64,000 nucleotides of DNA, from assembly GCA_051294375.1 (NCBI GenBank), contig CM119267.1:13814832-13878831 (forward strand). Direction: 5' to 3'. Positions 34,763 through 48,310 of the stretch are shown one piece after another (position 1 is the first letter of the stretch; every line of letters starts with the position of its first letter). This DNA comes from Paraspadella gotoi. Its lineage: Eukaryota > Animalia > Chaetognatha. The notes beneath the pieces are model-generated. The model made no database searches and was not told where the DNA came from. It worked only from the letters and a program-made list of their open reading frames with translations. A program made the position numbers and the translations under genes.

Positions 34763-37145
34763 TTGGACGTCCGAAGGCGCAAGACGCAGCGCGAGCCTGT
34801 AGCCCCATTACAGTGCCTGCGCCTCTTCTCGCTTTTGGGGTCTCTCTCACTCTCTCTCGCAGTTTTTTTTATATATTTTTTTTAAAGCACTCCCTCTCTC
34901 TCGCTCGTCAAAGGGGTGGGGGTTTTCCGTTCGCCAAACAGCACCTCTCCTCGTAACGCCAATCCTTTTTCTTAGATTTTTACATGATGGACGTGGCGTG
35001 AGCAGGCTTTAGGTTGAAATCGCCTGAACGAGAGGAGAGAGAGAGTGACGCGTCTTTTCTTTTGAGTTCGGGAATAGAGAAGAGCGAGAGAGAATAAAAG
35101 GGAAGGACGTGTTTTGTAGTTTTCAATGTGCGGTAGAGTTGCGGATGACAAAAAGATCTTCGAGGGAGGAGGGGAGAGAGAGAGAGAGAGAGATAGGTTG
35201 GTTAGTATTGAAAAATGAAAGAGAGATTTTTTTTCTGATCGATAGAACAAAGTCTAACTTTATTCTCGACGGCACGCGCGACTCTAATTAGCACCGAAAA
35301 TCCTTCGACCAGTCATTTACTTAATTGCATCGTGAAACCCAGAGAAAAAGCCGGCACCGGGGGCGAAGGCTGCGGAGGCGTAGGGTCGACTCGCGGCGTC
35401 CGACGCCGCCCCCGCCGCCAGTGGGGGGAAAGGATTCGATGAACGCGCTCGCCACGCGCCCTCGTCGCGTTAGCCGGTCGAACGAGCGATTTTTTCTCTT
35501 TCGTTTTTTTTCTCTCCCTCGTTTCTATGTTTTATGTTATTTTTTCCTTCTGTCATGTTGTGTTTTTTTTTTTGTTTTTTTTCTTCTTTCGCCCTTTTTT
35601 TTCTTATCGCGCGTCGACGACGAAGAGAGGGTGTGAGAGAAAAGGGGGTTTAGAGGGGGTCAGCTGAAGGACGAAAAGTCGAGTGTATCGGTCCACGATC
35701 GATATTATCCTGTCCAACGTGCGGATTGTCTATTCCTTTTTATTCATTTCATTTTTCTTTTTTTTTTGTTTCTTTATATTTTTTACTTGTTTTTTTTTTT
35801 TTTTACGGAAGGCAAACCGAAGAGAAAAAAATAGAGATTTCACTCCGAGGTTACGTCCAGTTTTGCAACAAATGCGTTTTCTCATAATTATATTCTTTAT
35901 TGATGTTATTGTTGTTTTTTGTATGTTATTATTATTATTATTATTATTTTTAATTTTTGTGTTTTTCTTGCCATTTATGTGGCTGAACCGATTCTTTACG
36001 TATTTGTTATTTCACTTCGTTTGTGCTTAGTTATTAATATTACTATTATATCTCAGAGCCTCTTTTAACGTTGAATCGGATTCCGAATTGGGCGCGATCT
36101 TGACAAGGGCAGAGTCTCGAAAGAGGCACTGTGAAGGGCACGGGAGATGGTCGTGCCGAGCGCTGAGTGGGGATTATCCAAAGAGAGCGGAGGGAATGTC
36201 TGGAAAGGGGCTAACTGCAAAAAAAGTGTGGGGAGAGAAAAAAGGAATTATAAGGTCAATTATAATTATTAGTCGATTCGGCATCAACCTATGTCAATGT
36301 AAATCGAAGAACCTTCGTACTCCTCTCTCACACATCGCCCGCTCTTTTAAGATTCCTCGGCGTTTCGCCGATCGGCCGCGAATCGACTTCCCCGGCGCAT
36401 TCCCCGGCGTCGTCGTCTTTCCGAGTCGAACGGGCGTGGTCGAAACGCACGCCGCGTAGTCGCCGGGGAGGCGTCGTCTCAGCCGCGTGGGGAGGCCGAG
36501 GGTTAGCGGCCGAAGGAGAAAATGACGGGAGCGGGAGGAAGGAAGCCTGAGAGTTGGGCGAGGGAAGTGCGTCTTCGTCGTCGTAGTCGAATTCACTCGC
36601 GTCTTCATTACCGTCTCAGTATTTTCATCCTGAAGAATCGGGAGAACACGGTGAGAAGGAGAGTCTAAAGAAAAAGTATACATTGGATAAGGCGCTAATT
36701 GGGCTAAGATGATACTATGCGTAACTATTTATCCTCAGCAGCCATTGAACCGGGTCCTGTACTTGGAACCAGGCCTTGAGGGTTTTCCGACGCACCCCAA
36801 GGCGGCTTACGTTCCGCAGGGTGGTTCGCGGGTTGGGATATATGTCGGTACCTAGTGGTCATGAGCTATGGCTTTACTCAATGGGCCACAGGGTCACAAC
36901 TGAAGTGTCATGCCTTATAGGCGGGGTGAACTTGAGACAATTCCCGCTCATACTTTGCCTATGTTCTGAAGTAATCTGTCGATTGCGATTCTTTTGTCGT
37001 CACTGGAAACCTGAGGCTCGAGGAAAAAATTGGTGGCAAGATCGTCAGCAAACTGTCTTTATCTCTTTACAATTCTGAGGATAATCAACGATCAAATACT
37101 AAACTCTCTGTCTCTATAAATCTGTATAATATATTTCGTCTTCTT

Positions 37146-37178
<33 letters not shown>

Positions 37179-37182
37179 CTCT

Positions 37183-37237
<55 letters not shown>

Positions 37238-38784
37238 CACCCTCAATTATCGATCTCACACGTTTCTTCAAAGTATTTCCTCCAAAGGCTATGACTTTTG
37301 AAAAATTCACAGTTTCGCAATCCGCATTTTCTTTCCATCCAAAAAGTTCGAGAGAAAAATGAAAATTTTTTCTGCAAATTCCTTTTTCTGCGCCTCAGTC
37401 GACGTGACTCGAATTTTTAATAGGCCTGCGTGACGCTAGTTCTTACGTCCATTGCATACGTGCGCGCGACTGCGTAAGCGCGACCTTGTGGGCTAAGGGA
37501 CGTGGAGGACGGCGTCGGAAGCGAAGACCACGCGAGAGACGACGGTACGCCTCCGCTGCCCTAACTCCTGGTCTCTCTCTCTCTCTTAACAGCGAAACCA
37601 AGGACGCGCGTGAAACAATTAAGAAAAAAATAGGGAAGAGACGAGAAACTTCTTTCTTGTTCCTTAAACTTCATATTTACTTTTCTATTTTCATTTTCTG
37701 CTTGCAGTGTGATATTTAATCAGACGCCTATTCTTTTTTTTTCTGCTTTTCTCTTGTTCATTGTTTTTTTTTTACTCGCAGTTTATAGTAAACATTTACA
37801 ATTTCGGATAACCACATTTAATGAAAAATACGTCAAAACGAAAGAAATTAATTAATTAATAATCTCACCTATCCATCTTTATTTCCCGTTAAACTTTTCT
37901 TTTTCCTCAATTGCACATTACCAGTTTAATCTTCCTACCCAATGTACCCATGTCTCATCCACTCCTACCCCTTTACCTTTACCTTAAAAAACCTCCCTTC
38001 TCATCTTTTTTCCTTGACGATCGTTTGTTCTGCAGGAAAGCGTTCTTTCATCCCTTAACGCTACCCGGTTTTCACCGCGCGGCGGCAGGGCGATCGGCGG
38101 GACGGTCGGCCCGCGTCGTCGAGGCATCGAAACGCGCGCCGTCGAGTCGTTCCGTTTTCACTTTTATAGAGTCAGTGCGCGCTCTCGCACCGCGTCCGCG
38201 CTACCGGCCAATTACCCTCCGGCGGGGCGCGGCCTTGTGGTCGAAGCCGAAATGCACTGTGTTGGCCTCGTTCCTTCGTCGCCGTTGCGTACAATACAAG
38301 GAGCCTTTGTATTTTGTTCATTGTGCAATAAAAACGGTGGAGGAATGTGGGGGGGGGAGGGTGGGAGGGCCAAAAAACGCGGACGAAGCCGCCAGCATTG
38401 ACTTTTTATTGATTTTTAATAATCTTTTTTTAATTGAGTTCGTTACTATTTTGAACATTCCGGTATTTTTCAATGAGCGGAGAAGGACTGTGTATTTCTG
38501 TTTAAGTGTTTAAGACGAGAGTTGGTTTTTGTGTTGGGTTTTCGTTTTCGTTCCCGTCTCATATATTCCCTCCTAAAGACATTAAAAAAACAGGTCGTTA
38601 AACCTTGGCCAACTTCCTCTTTGCGACATAAAATCAGCGTTGAGGGCCTTTATCCGCTTCCGTTCCGTCGGCAGACCTTTCTCGAAAAAAGCCTCTTTTT
38701 GCAACAACCCAAAAGACGATTTCTCCAGGTTGTAGATTCGACCTCCGGTCCCTCATTGGAATTTTATGAAATTTCCATTCTCGT

Positions 38785-38868
<84 letters not shown>

Positions 38869-39617
38869 AAAAGTTAAAAACATATCTCGTACTCAGGTTT
38901 AAACCACTAGTTACTCCTCCTATAATTTTGGAAGTTTAAGAAAATTTTGATTTGAACGTAATCGTATAAAATGCGATTTTTTTCAACCTCTTTTTAACTC
39001 AGGAGTTACGTCACGTTTCTCATAAGGTAGGTTCTTTTTAATCTCATTTCCGTCCCATCTGGCCAAGTCATAATCAACGGGCGCATTTTTAGTAGAGGAT
39101 ATCTTTCGAAAACTTATTTGATTTTTTAAAAATTATATTGTTCAGAATCTACCCCGTATCCGTTCGCGTGTGACTACAAATAAATGCGTACCATTTTTCA
39201 TTGGATAAAATATTTTTTAAATTTTCTTCCTCATTGTATAGCAAAGTACTGGACGTTTATTATATTTTAATTTCATAAAATTCATTTGATTTTACTTATA
39301 TAAAACAACCTTTCTTTAATAGTCATCCATTTCATCTTCATTAAAAAACTGAATTCTTTTTTTTAATAATTATTATAAATTGATTACTCATTAATTTCTA
39401 AAATTATTAAAATTATTTATACTATTTAAATTAAGAATTATCTGGGAATCCTTAGATATAAAATAATTATTCAAGAGAGTTAAGAACATGCTCAGGAGTC
39501 AGGACAGCAATTTTTTTTAATTGGACAACTTATATATAATGAATACTTAAGATTTACAATTAAAAAAATAAGTAAAAAATCATTACTCAGAAAATTACTC
39601 AACATTACAATAGTTCA

Positions 39618-40895
39618 GATGCGCCACGTCAATGGCGCCGAGAGATTTTCGACGCCGTTCACAACTTGTCTCATCCGGGAATCAAGACGTCGAAGTCGCT
39701 TATCTCTAAAAGATTCGTCTGGCCCGGCGTCACGAAGGATCGCCGCTTGGGCGCGGGCCTGCGCTCAAATGTCAAAGGTCAGGGTCCGCGTCCATGCCTC
39801 GGCGCCGCTGGAGAGTTTTCGCCCCGCCTTCCAGAAGATTCCAACACGTTCATGTGGATCTAGTGGGACCCTGCCGTCTCTCGGCGGCCACATATCTCCT
39901 TACCGTGGTGGACCGGTTCGTTACCGGTGACCAGAGGCGCCGACGGTGGTTCAAGCTTCTCCATCGGATGGTCGCGCGTTTTGGCGTTCCCTCCACATAA
40001 CGTCGGATCGCGGCGCTCATTTGTTTCCGAGCTATGGCGCCAACTGGCGGCGTCTCTCGGGCGCCAACTTACACCATACGACGTCTATCATCCTCAAGCA
40101 AATGGAATGGTGGAGAGTTCCACAGGGACCTCAAAGCCTCGCTTCGCGCCAAATTATCCGGCGCGGATTGGTTGACAAGCTCCCTTGGGTCCTCCTCGGG
40201 CCTCCGATCATCGCACAAGGCCGACCTAAGGCTTCTCGGCGGGTTGGTCTATCGGAGAAGATCTGCGCTCCCGGCCGAATTCGTCCCGGACGGCGCGCTG
40301 CGCCCGATCCGGACGCGCTGCTGCGGACCCTGCGGCGCGAGGTGGACGCCTTTCGACCAGTCGACGGAACACGTCACGGAGATCACCCCCAGAAGCTTCC
40401 AGACGGCCTTCAAAACTGTCTTTTGCTCTGGTGCGCCGCGACGCCCATCGCGGCCCTCTTGCCCAGTCTACTGACGGCCCATACGAAATCGTCTCTCGTG
40501 GCGCCAAGTTTTTCCGCCTCGATTCGCCGGCCGCCTCGAGATGTCTCTGCGTCGACCGCCTCAAACCTTTCGTCGATGACGCGGACGGCGCCTCCGACCG
40601 TCCTCGAGTCCGGCTGATGATGAAGCCACTCAACCCCGTGTGACGAGGAGCCACCAACCCGCCGTCGCAGATCCCGAGGCCCGAACGTCTTCAACAAGCG
40701 CGAGGCCGACAAGGTTTCGTCGTCCCCTTTGCGCTATTCGAATCAAGCCTCCATCTCTTATCGAGACGTCGTCTTGGGGGGGGCAGTGAAGACGCTGTCG
40801 GATCAGCGACACGGAGAAAAGATTTCGCCTCAACGCTCATTGGCGGATCAAGCGAAAACTAACGAATCAGAAATCGACAAGAAATAGCACAGACT
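39618..40895 (+). mobile_element. Gypsy integrase fragment copy (within the duplicated block)
   Basis: Near-identical to 19720-21012 with indels. Confidence 0.88.
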
Positions 40896-43760
40896 AAAAG
40901 AGTTTACATTTTATGAAAATTGAAAACGTTTTTTGATATTCTTGTAAAATACTTAATGTACAATTACGATCATTGTATTATTAGAATCTACAAAATTGTA
41001 CCTTTAATTCGATATGTATTTTTTTACAATGTTGATATTGGTTCTGATAATACATCCAGAGGTAAATAAAAATGATAACTTTGCTTTAGAAAGGTTACCC
41101 GTAGCATAATTATTTTATTGATATTTTACAATATAAAAAATATTTCTGGAGCATCTAAGCATTAATATATTTTTAATTGTCGCTCTTTTTTGACATATGA
41201 ATTAAGATTCATCCCTGAATCTATCCTAATGGAGATTAATGAGACTGAGAAAAGGCAGGGATTTTTAATAGTACGGTTTAACTAAAAAAATAATAAAAAA
41301 AAACTGGAAATTAGTTTAAATTAAAAATGTAAGATATGTGGACAACTCATTTTTCTTTTTCATGGAACTCTGTATTTTTTGTCGTTCATAAATGAAACAC
41401 AGCTCTTATGAATCACAAAAGGCCAAAGTTTCTCGATATATAAATTTTATTTTCTATTCTAATATTAAAATGCCGAAAAATAGCTGGAAAGTAACCGCGA
41501 CAATTTTTTTTCCATCATGGTAGGTTTAGAAAGTGAGGGTTAAGGATTAGGATAAGGACTAGGTTATGGATTAGGTTAGTGATTTAGGTTGGTGATTAGG
41601 GTTTAGAGTTCAGGTTTTCGATGTTAAAGATTAGGGTTAAGTGCTAAGGTTAATGATGAAGGTTATGAAATTTGATTATGCGTTTAGTATTGGGAACTGA
41701 AATAGGGCGCTTTANNNNNNNNNNNNNNNNNNNNNNNNNATTTTATTAGATTCTACAAAATTGTACCTTTAATTCGATATGTATTTTCACAATGTTTATT
41801 GCATTTATCAATTCATAAACATTCTATTTGTATTGTTTAAAATAGCAAAGGATCCGGTGTTAGGGTGAAAATACAAGTGCTTTCGATCAGGTCCGATCGC
41901 GATATACATAAACATTGTATTTTGTCAATTGTCGCTGGTTATTATTTTTCGATAATTAACTTTACGTCTACATTAAAAAAGTGCTCCTTTATGGTTATCC
42001 ATTCTGAGGAAAGGACAAAGAAACCAAAAAGAAACGGAGAGAGGGAGTGAGAGGGAAAGAGAAGATGTGAGAGAAGAGGAAGTGAGAGAAGTGAGAGGGA
42101 TGCGATGAGAGAGAGAGAGAGAGAGGCAAACTCAGCGGCGAGATTTTTTTTTTTTAAAGGGATAGGGAGCTCAGTCAGATCTGGTTTTTTCTTGTAGCGT
42201 TGCCTGATCACGTGACGACGTTAAGTGTGCAGCAACAGCGAGAGATTTTGACCAGGAAGAGAGAGAGAGAGAGAAAAAAGGAAAGAGAGAGAGAGAGACG
42301 AAACGTTCAAGAAGGGAGAGGGAGCGAAGCCAGATCACGTGACGACGAAGTCCAGAGAGAAAGAAAGGGAGCGCGTCAACGATCCTTTTTTTTTTTTTTT
42401 CGGTTTTCGACTTTTCAGAGTTTCATGGTTTTTGAGAGCGGGTAAGAGACGGCAAGAGGGAGAGATGGAGAATCTAGGGTTTGGGGGATGGGCGTTCAGT
42501 ATTTTCGCCAGAGGTCAAACCTCGTTGCAGCTGCCTCTATCGAGTGAGAAATGGAATGAGGAAAGAGAAGTGCAAAGTAAAGGGAAGAGAGAAGAGGAGG
42601 ATAGGGAAGAAGAGCAAATGAAGAAAAATGCTGCGAAAAAGACGCTAGGATCGAGGATCGACTCACGGGTCAAGGAGTGGAGGGTTAGTAAAGAATGCGC
42701 GATTCGAATCCATCGGTGAGAGAGAGGGGGGATCAGTGCGGCAGAAAAAAATTGTGAAGGATGAAGGCTAAATAAGAGAGAGGGGGACGGTAGTTTTTAG
42801 GAGAAAAGATAGAAATTGTGCGTTGAAATAGTAAAAAATAATTCGAAAAAGTGAGTGAAAATATTTGTGAATCCAATGAGAAATCGAAAATTGGCATTAG
42901 TGAATCGAAAGTCGGAAATGGTGAGTTAATGTTGTGTAGCAAAATACAAATCGAAAAGAGTGAATCAAAATAGTGAATATATAAAATTGAATAGAGAGAT
43001 GAAAATAGTGATTCAATGAAAATCGTAATTAGTTAGTTGAATTAGTGAATCGAAAGTCGAAATGGTGAGTTAAAATAGTAAGTGTATGAAGATTGAAATA
43101 GAGAGTTGAAATAGTGAATTAATAAAAGCGAAATGGTTTGTTAAAATAGACAAAGTATGAAAATGGAAATAGTGGCAGTGAAAATAGTATAATTAAAAGG
43201 AATACTGAGTTACAAGTAATGGAACAGAAAAGAATACAGAATAAAAATTGAAGTTAAAAATAGTGAGGCAGTGAAAGTTAAAAATTTAACAGCTGAAGCA
43301 AAATAGAATAAAATCGAAAACTATCAAAATTGAATTTTGAGGTGAAGGAGATAGTAAAATAGTAAGGAAAATAGGAAAGGAAAAGCAATTACATTAATGG
43401 CCCGGATTATTTTTGCTAAAAAGGCAGAAAGATTACGATTTTATTGTGTTACAGTACAACACTAAATGTCCCGGAATAGCTAAAAATATAAAAAGGGCGG
43501 ATTAGTGATCTTACTTGTTATTGTGTGAGATGGCGTGGTTCTTCTTCGTATTTTCACTTTGGCGTTGAGTTAAGAAACAGTTTTTTTTCAAACGATTTTT
43601 GCGCAATGCAGAGAAAAATTTTTTTTTGTGAAAATATCAGGTAGAGTTTTTTGTTTTATTTTTTTGCGCGCGAGGAGATTAAGACAAAAAATTAGGGATG
43701 AAAAAAAATAAGATTAGGAAAGATGGAAGGAAAAAAAATTAGGGTGGGTTGGGAGGGTTT

Positions 43761-43826
43761 GCCGGTTAGCCAGTTAGTCGGGTAGAGCAGGGAAACTTAA
43801 TTCTGGGGAAGTTTAAACCTTGGCGG
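43761..43826 (+). other. Degenerate tRNA-like (tRNA-Lys-type) sequence, possibly a SINE head or tRNA pseudogene
   Basis: GCCGGTTAGCCAGTTAGTCGGGTAGAGCA (A-box-like), CTTAAT, then GTTTAAACC (B-box-like). It cannot form a clean cloverleaf. Confidence 0.3.
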
Positions 43827-44046
43827 AGAGGCCTGATTGAGGCGTCACTGGGAAATGGGTATCTAGCTAAAGGTAGGTTCTAACTAGTCTCTCATCAGGG
43901 AAAAGAGGTAAGAAGGGTAAGGGAATATATTGGGTAATAAGAAGGGAGAGGGGAAGGTTTGCAGAGCCCGAGACCGAGAGGAGAAGTTGAGAGAGTGAGT
44001 TCCGATTCTCCAAGGACTCAATCCTGGACTCCGGGAATCTCACTCT

Positions 44047-44663
44047 TTTAGGAAACAGAGCCCAAAATCTACCTAGCGACACATCACATCCAACTGAAAA
44101 CATACGTGTCCCTCCCCCCTCCAAAAAAAATCTTCAGAGACAGTTCGCCATTCCCCTGCGACTGAACCGTAATCTCTCTCTCTTTTTTTAGTCAAGAAGC
44201 GATCATCATCGTCGTCGTCGTCGTCGTCGTTGTCCAATCAACCCGTTCGTACCTTTCGGCGAACAGGTTTTCTTATTTTTCTTCCTCTCTTTTCCTCTTC
44301 GTTGCAGAATCGAGATTCGAAAGAGAAAAATCCCAAATCGAAATCTCGGAATCGAAATGCCGCCCAGAGGAGAGATTCCGCGCGTCTTCTTCGTCGCTTC
44401 TCGACCGAAAGAAGGACATCAGGGATTTTAGTTCTTTTTCTGAGAGGGAGAGGAGGGAGGGCAGCGAGAGAGGGGATTCATAGATGGGAAAGAGAGACGG
44501 GGATGAGGAAGGGAAAGAAGAGAAAAGAACGGTAATTAATAAAAACGTAAATTTACTAGGTAGCAAAGTGTATATTTTACATGTCAACGAAAGATTAAAA
44601 ATATTTACTAGGTCGAAATAAAAAATCAAAAAAAAATCAAAAAACCCACGAGAAAGGAAAGAA
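44047..44663 (+). repeat. Direct copy of ~21830-22481
   Basis: Begins ttttaggaaacagagcccaaaa and runs colinear to the N gap. Confidence 0.9.
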
Positions 44664-44710
44664 NNNNNNNNNNNNNNNNNNNNNNNNNTCTCTCTCTTCT
44701 CTCTCTCTCT

Positions 44711-44771
<61 letters not shown>

Positions 44772-46233
44772 CTCTCTGCCTTTCCCCCTTTTCCTTTTTT
44801 GCACATTTCGCTTTTTCAACTTTTTTCTTTTTTTTCGCTTCTCTGATACTTCTTTCTTTTCTTCGTGGGTTTTTGATTTTTTTTTTTTTTTGATTTTTTA
44901 TTTCGACACAGTAATATTTTTAATCTTTCGTTGACATGTAAAAATATACACTTTGCTACGTGATCAATTGATTGAGATTTCTAATTGTTTACCGACTACC
45001 TAGTATATTTACGTTTTATTAATTACCGTTCTTTTCTCTTCTTTCCCTTCCTCATCCCGTCTCTCTTCCCATCTATGAATCCCCTCTCTCGCTGCCCTCC
45101 TCTCTCCTCTCAGAAAAAGAACTAAAATCCCTGATTCCTTCTTTCGGTCGAGAAGCGACGAAGAAGACGCGCGGATCTCTCTCTGGGCGGCATTTCGATT
45201 CCGAGATTTCGATTTGGGATTTTTTCTCTTTCGAATCTCGATTCTGCAACGAAGAGGAAAGAGAGGAAGAAAAAATAGAAAAACCTGTTCGCCGAAAGGT
45301 ACGAACGGGTTGATTGGACAACGACGACGACGACGACGACGATGATGATCGCTTCTTGACTAAAAAGAGAGAGAGATTACGTTCAGTCGCAGGGAATGGG
45401 AACTGTCTCTGAAGATTTTTTTGGGGGGAGGGACACGTATGTTTTCAGTTGGATGTGATGTGTCGCTAGTAGTATTTTGGCTCTGTTTCTAAAGCCCCTA
45501 TTCATTCCGCAATACTAAACGCATAATCAAATCATAACCTTCATCATTACCTTAGCTTAACCTAATCTAACTCGAAAACTAACTCTACCTAATCAACTAA
45601 TACTAACTACAAACCAGCTTAACCTTTAATAGATGGAAAAAAATTGTCGCGGTTATTTCATATTTTTGCATTTTAATATTAGATGAAAATAAAATTTATA
45701 TACGAGAAACTTTGCCTTTTGTGATTCATAAGAGCTGTGTTCATTTATGACGACAAAAAATAAGATTCCATGAAAAAGAAAAGAGTTGTCCACATATCTA
45801 CATTTTTAATTTAAACTAATTTCCAGTTCTTTTTTATTATTTTTTTGAGTTAAAACCGTACTATTAAAAATCCCTGCCTTTTCTCAGTCTCATTATTCTT
45901 CTCCATTAGGATAGATTCAGGGATGAATCTTAATTCATATGTCAAAAAAGCGACATTAAAATATATTAATGCTTAGATGTCCAGAATATTTTTTATATTG
46001 TAAAATATCAATAAAATAATTATGCTACGGGTAACCTTTCTAAAGCAAAGTTATCATTTTATTTACCTCTGGATGTATTATCAGAACAAATATCAACATT
46101 GTAAAAAAATACATATCGAATTAAAGGTACAATTTTGTAGATTCTAATAATACAATGATCGTAATTGTACATTAAGTATTTTACAAGTAATTATCAAAAC
46201 GTTTTCAATTTCATAAAATGTAAACTCTTTTTA

Positions 46234-47490
46234 GTCTGTGCTATTTCTTGTCGATTTCTGATTCGTTAGTTTTCGCTTGATCCGCCAATGAGCGTATGAG
46301 CGAAATCTTTTCTCCGTGTCGTTGGATCCGACAGCGTCTTCACTGCCCCCCCCAAGACGACGTCTCGATAAGAGATGGAGGCTTGATTCGAATAGCGCAA
46401 AGGTGGACGACGAAACCTTGTCGGCTCGCGCTTGTTGAAGACGTTGGGACCTCGGGATCTGCGACGGCGGGTTGGTGGGCATCCTCGTCAACCGTGGGTT
46501 GAGTGGCTTCATCATCAGCCACTCGGGACGGTCGGAGCGCCGTCGCGTCATCGACGAAAGTTTGAGGCGGTCGACCGAGACATCGTCGAGGCGGCCGGCA
46601 AAGTCGAGGCGGAAAAACTTGGCGCCACGAGAGACGATTTCGTATGGGCCGTCATAGACTGGGCAAGAGGGCCGCGATGGGCGTCCGCGCACCAGAGCAA
46701 GATGGCATGTTTTGAAGGCGTCTGGAAGCTTCTGGGGGGGATCTCCGTGACGTGTTCCGTCGACTGGTCGAAAGGCGTCCACCTCGCGCCGCAGGGTCCG
46801 CAGCAGCGGCGTCCGGATCGGGCGCAGCGCGCCCCGGGACGAATTCGGCCGGGAGCGCCAAGATCTTCTCCGAAGACCAACTCTGCCGATGAAGCTTGAG
46901 GTCGGCCTTGGGCGATGATCGGAGGCCCAGGAGGACCAAGGAGCTTGTCGACCAATCCGCGCCGGATAATTTGGCGCGAAGCGACGCTTTGAGGTCCTGT
47001 GGAACATCTCCACCATTCCGTTTGCTTTGAGGATGATACGACGTCGTATGGTGTAAGTTGGCGCCCAGAGACGCCGCCAGTTGGCGCCATAGTCGGAAAC
47101 AAACTGAGCGCCGCGATCCGAACGTTATGTTGGAGGGGAACGCCAAAACGCGCGACCCATCCGATGGAGAAAGCTTGAACCACCGTCGGCGCCTCTGGTC
47201 ACCGGGGAACCGGTCCACCACGGTAAGGAGATATGTGGCCCCGCGAGAGACAGGCAGCGGTCCCACTAGATCCACATGAACGCGTTGGAATCTTCTGGAA
47301 GGCGGGGCGAAACTCTCCAGCGGCGCCGAGGCATGGACGCGGACCCTCGACCTTTGACATTTGAGCGCAGCCCGCGCCCAAGCGGCGACTCCTTTCGTGA
47401 CGCCGAGACGAATCTTTTAGAGATAAGCGACTTCGACGTCTTGATTCCCGATGAGACATTGTACGGTCATTGGCGCATTCGTGGGCATCT
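46234..47490 (-). mobile_element. Gypsy integrase fragment copy (inverted block)
   Basis: ORFs 46231-47016, 46548-47183 and 46652-47275 carry the same integrase motifs. Confidence 0.88.
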
Positions 47491-48212
47491 GAACTATTGT
47501 AATGTTGAGTAATTTCTGAGTAATGATTTTTTACTTATTTTTTTAATTGTAAATCTTAAGTATTCATTTATATAAGTTTCAATTAAAAAAAAATTGCTGT
47601 TCCTGACCCTGACATTCTTAACTCTCTTGAATAATTTTGTTATATTTGGATCCCAGATAATTCTTAATTTATAGTATAAATAATTTAATATTTTAGAAAT
47701 AATGAGATAATCAATTTATAATAATTATTTTAAAAAAAGAATTCGTTTTTTAATGAAGATGAATATGGATACTATAAGAAAGGTTGTTTATAATAAGTTA
47801 AAATCAATGAATTTTATGAAACTTAAATATAATAAACTCAGTACTTTGCTATACAATGAGAAAGAAAATTTAAAAAATATTTTATCCAATGAAAAATGGT
47901 ACAGCATTTATTTGAGTCACACGCGAACGGATACGAGGGTAGATTCTGAACAATATAATATTTTAAACAATCAAATAAGTTTTCGAATAGATATCCTCTC
48001 ACAAAAATCGCCCGTTGATTATGACTTGGCCAGATGGACGGAATGAGATTAAAAGAACCTACCTTATGAAAAGTGACGTAACTGAGTTAAAAAGAGGTTG
48101 AAAAAAATCGCATTTTATACGATTACGTTCAAATCAAAATTTTCTTAGAACTTCCAAAATATAGAGAGTAACTAGTGGTTTAACCTGAGTACGAGATATG
48201 TTTTTAACTTTT

Positions 48213-48310
<98 letters not shown>

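Larger units (their letters stand above)
30608..41714 (+). repeat. Direct ~11-kb copy of 10679-21834, indel-rich and a probable assembly artefact
   Basis: Junction tcattgt|aaatctttaaagaag at 30607/30608. Colinear with the original up to the N gap at 41715. Confidence 0.92.

Noticed and set aside
43875-43900. Minus-strand CTGATGAG as a hammerhead core
   Set aside because: No convincing stem II or GAAA follows.
19720-47490. Four independent Gypsy insertions or a domesticated integrase gene
   Set aside because: All four share the same flanks and truncation points, so they are one locus re-copied. The PPT and LTR start are retained and there is a shared stop and deletion, arguing against domestication.
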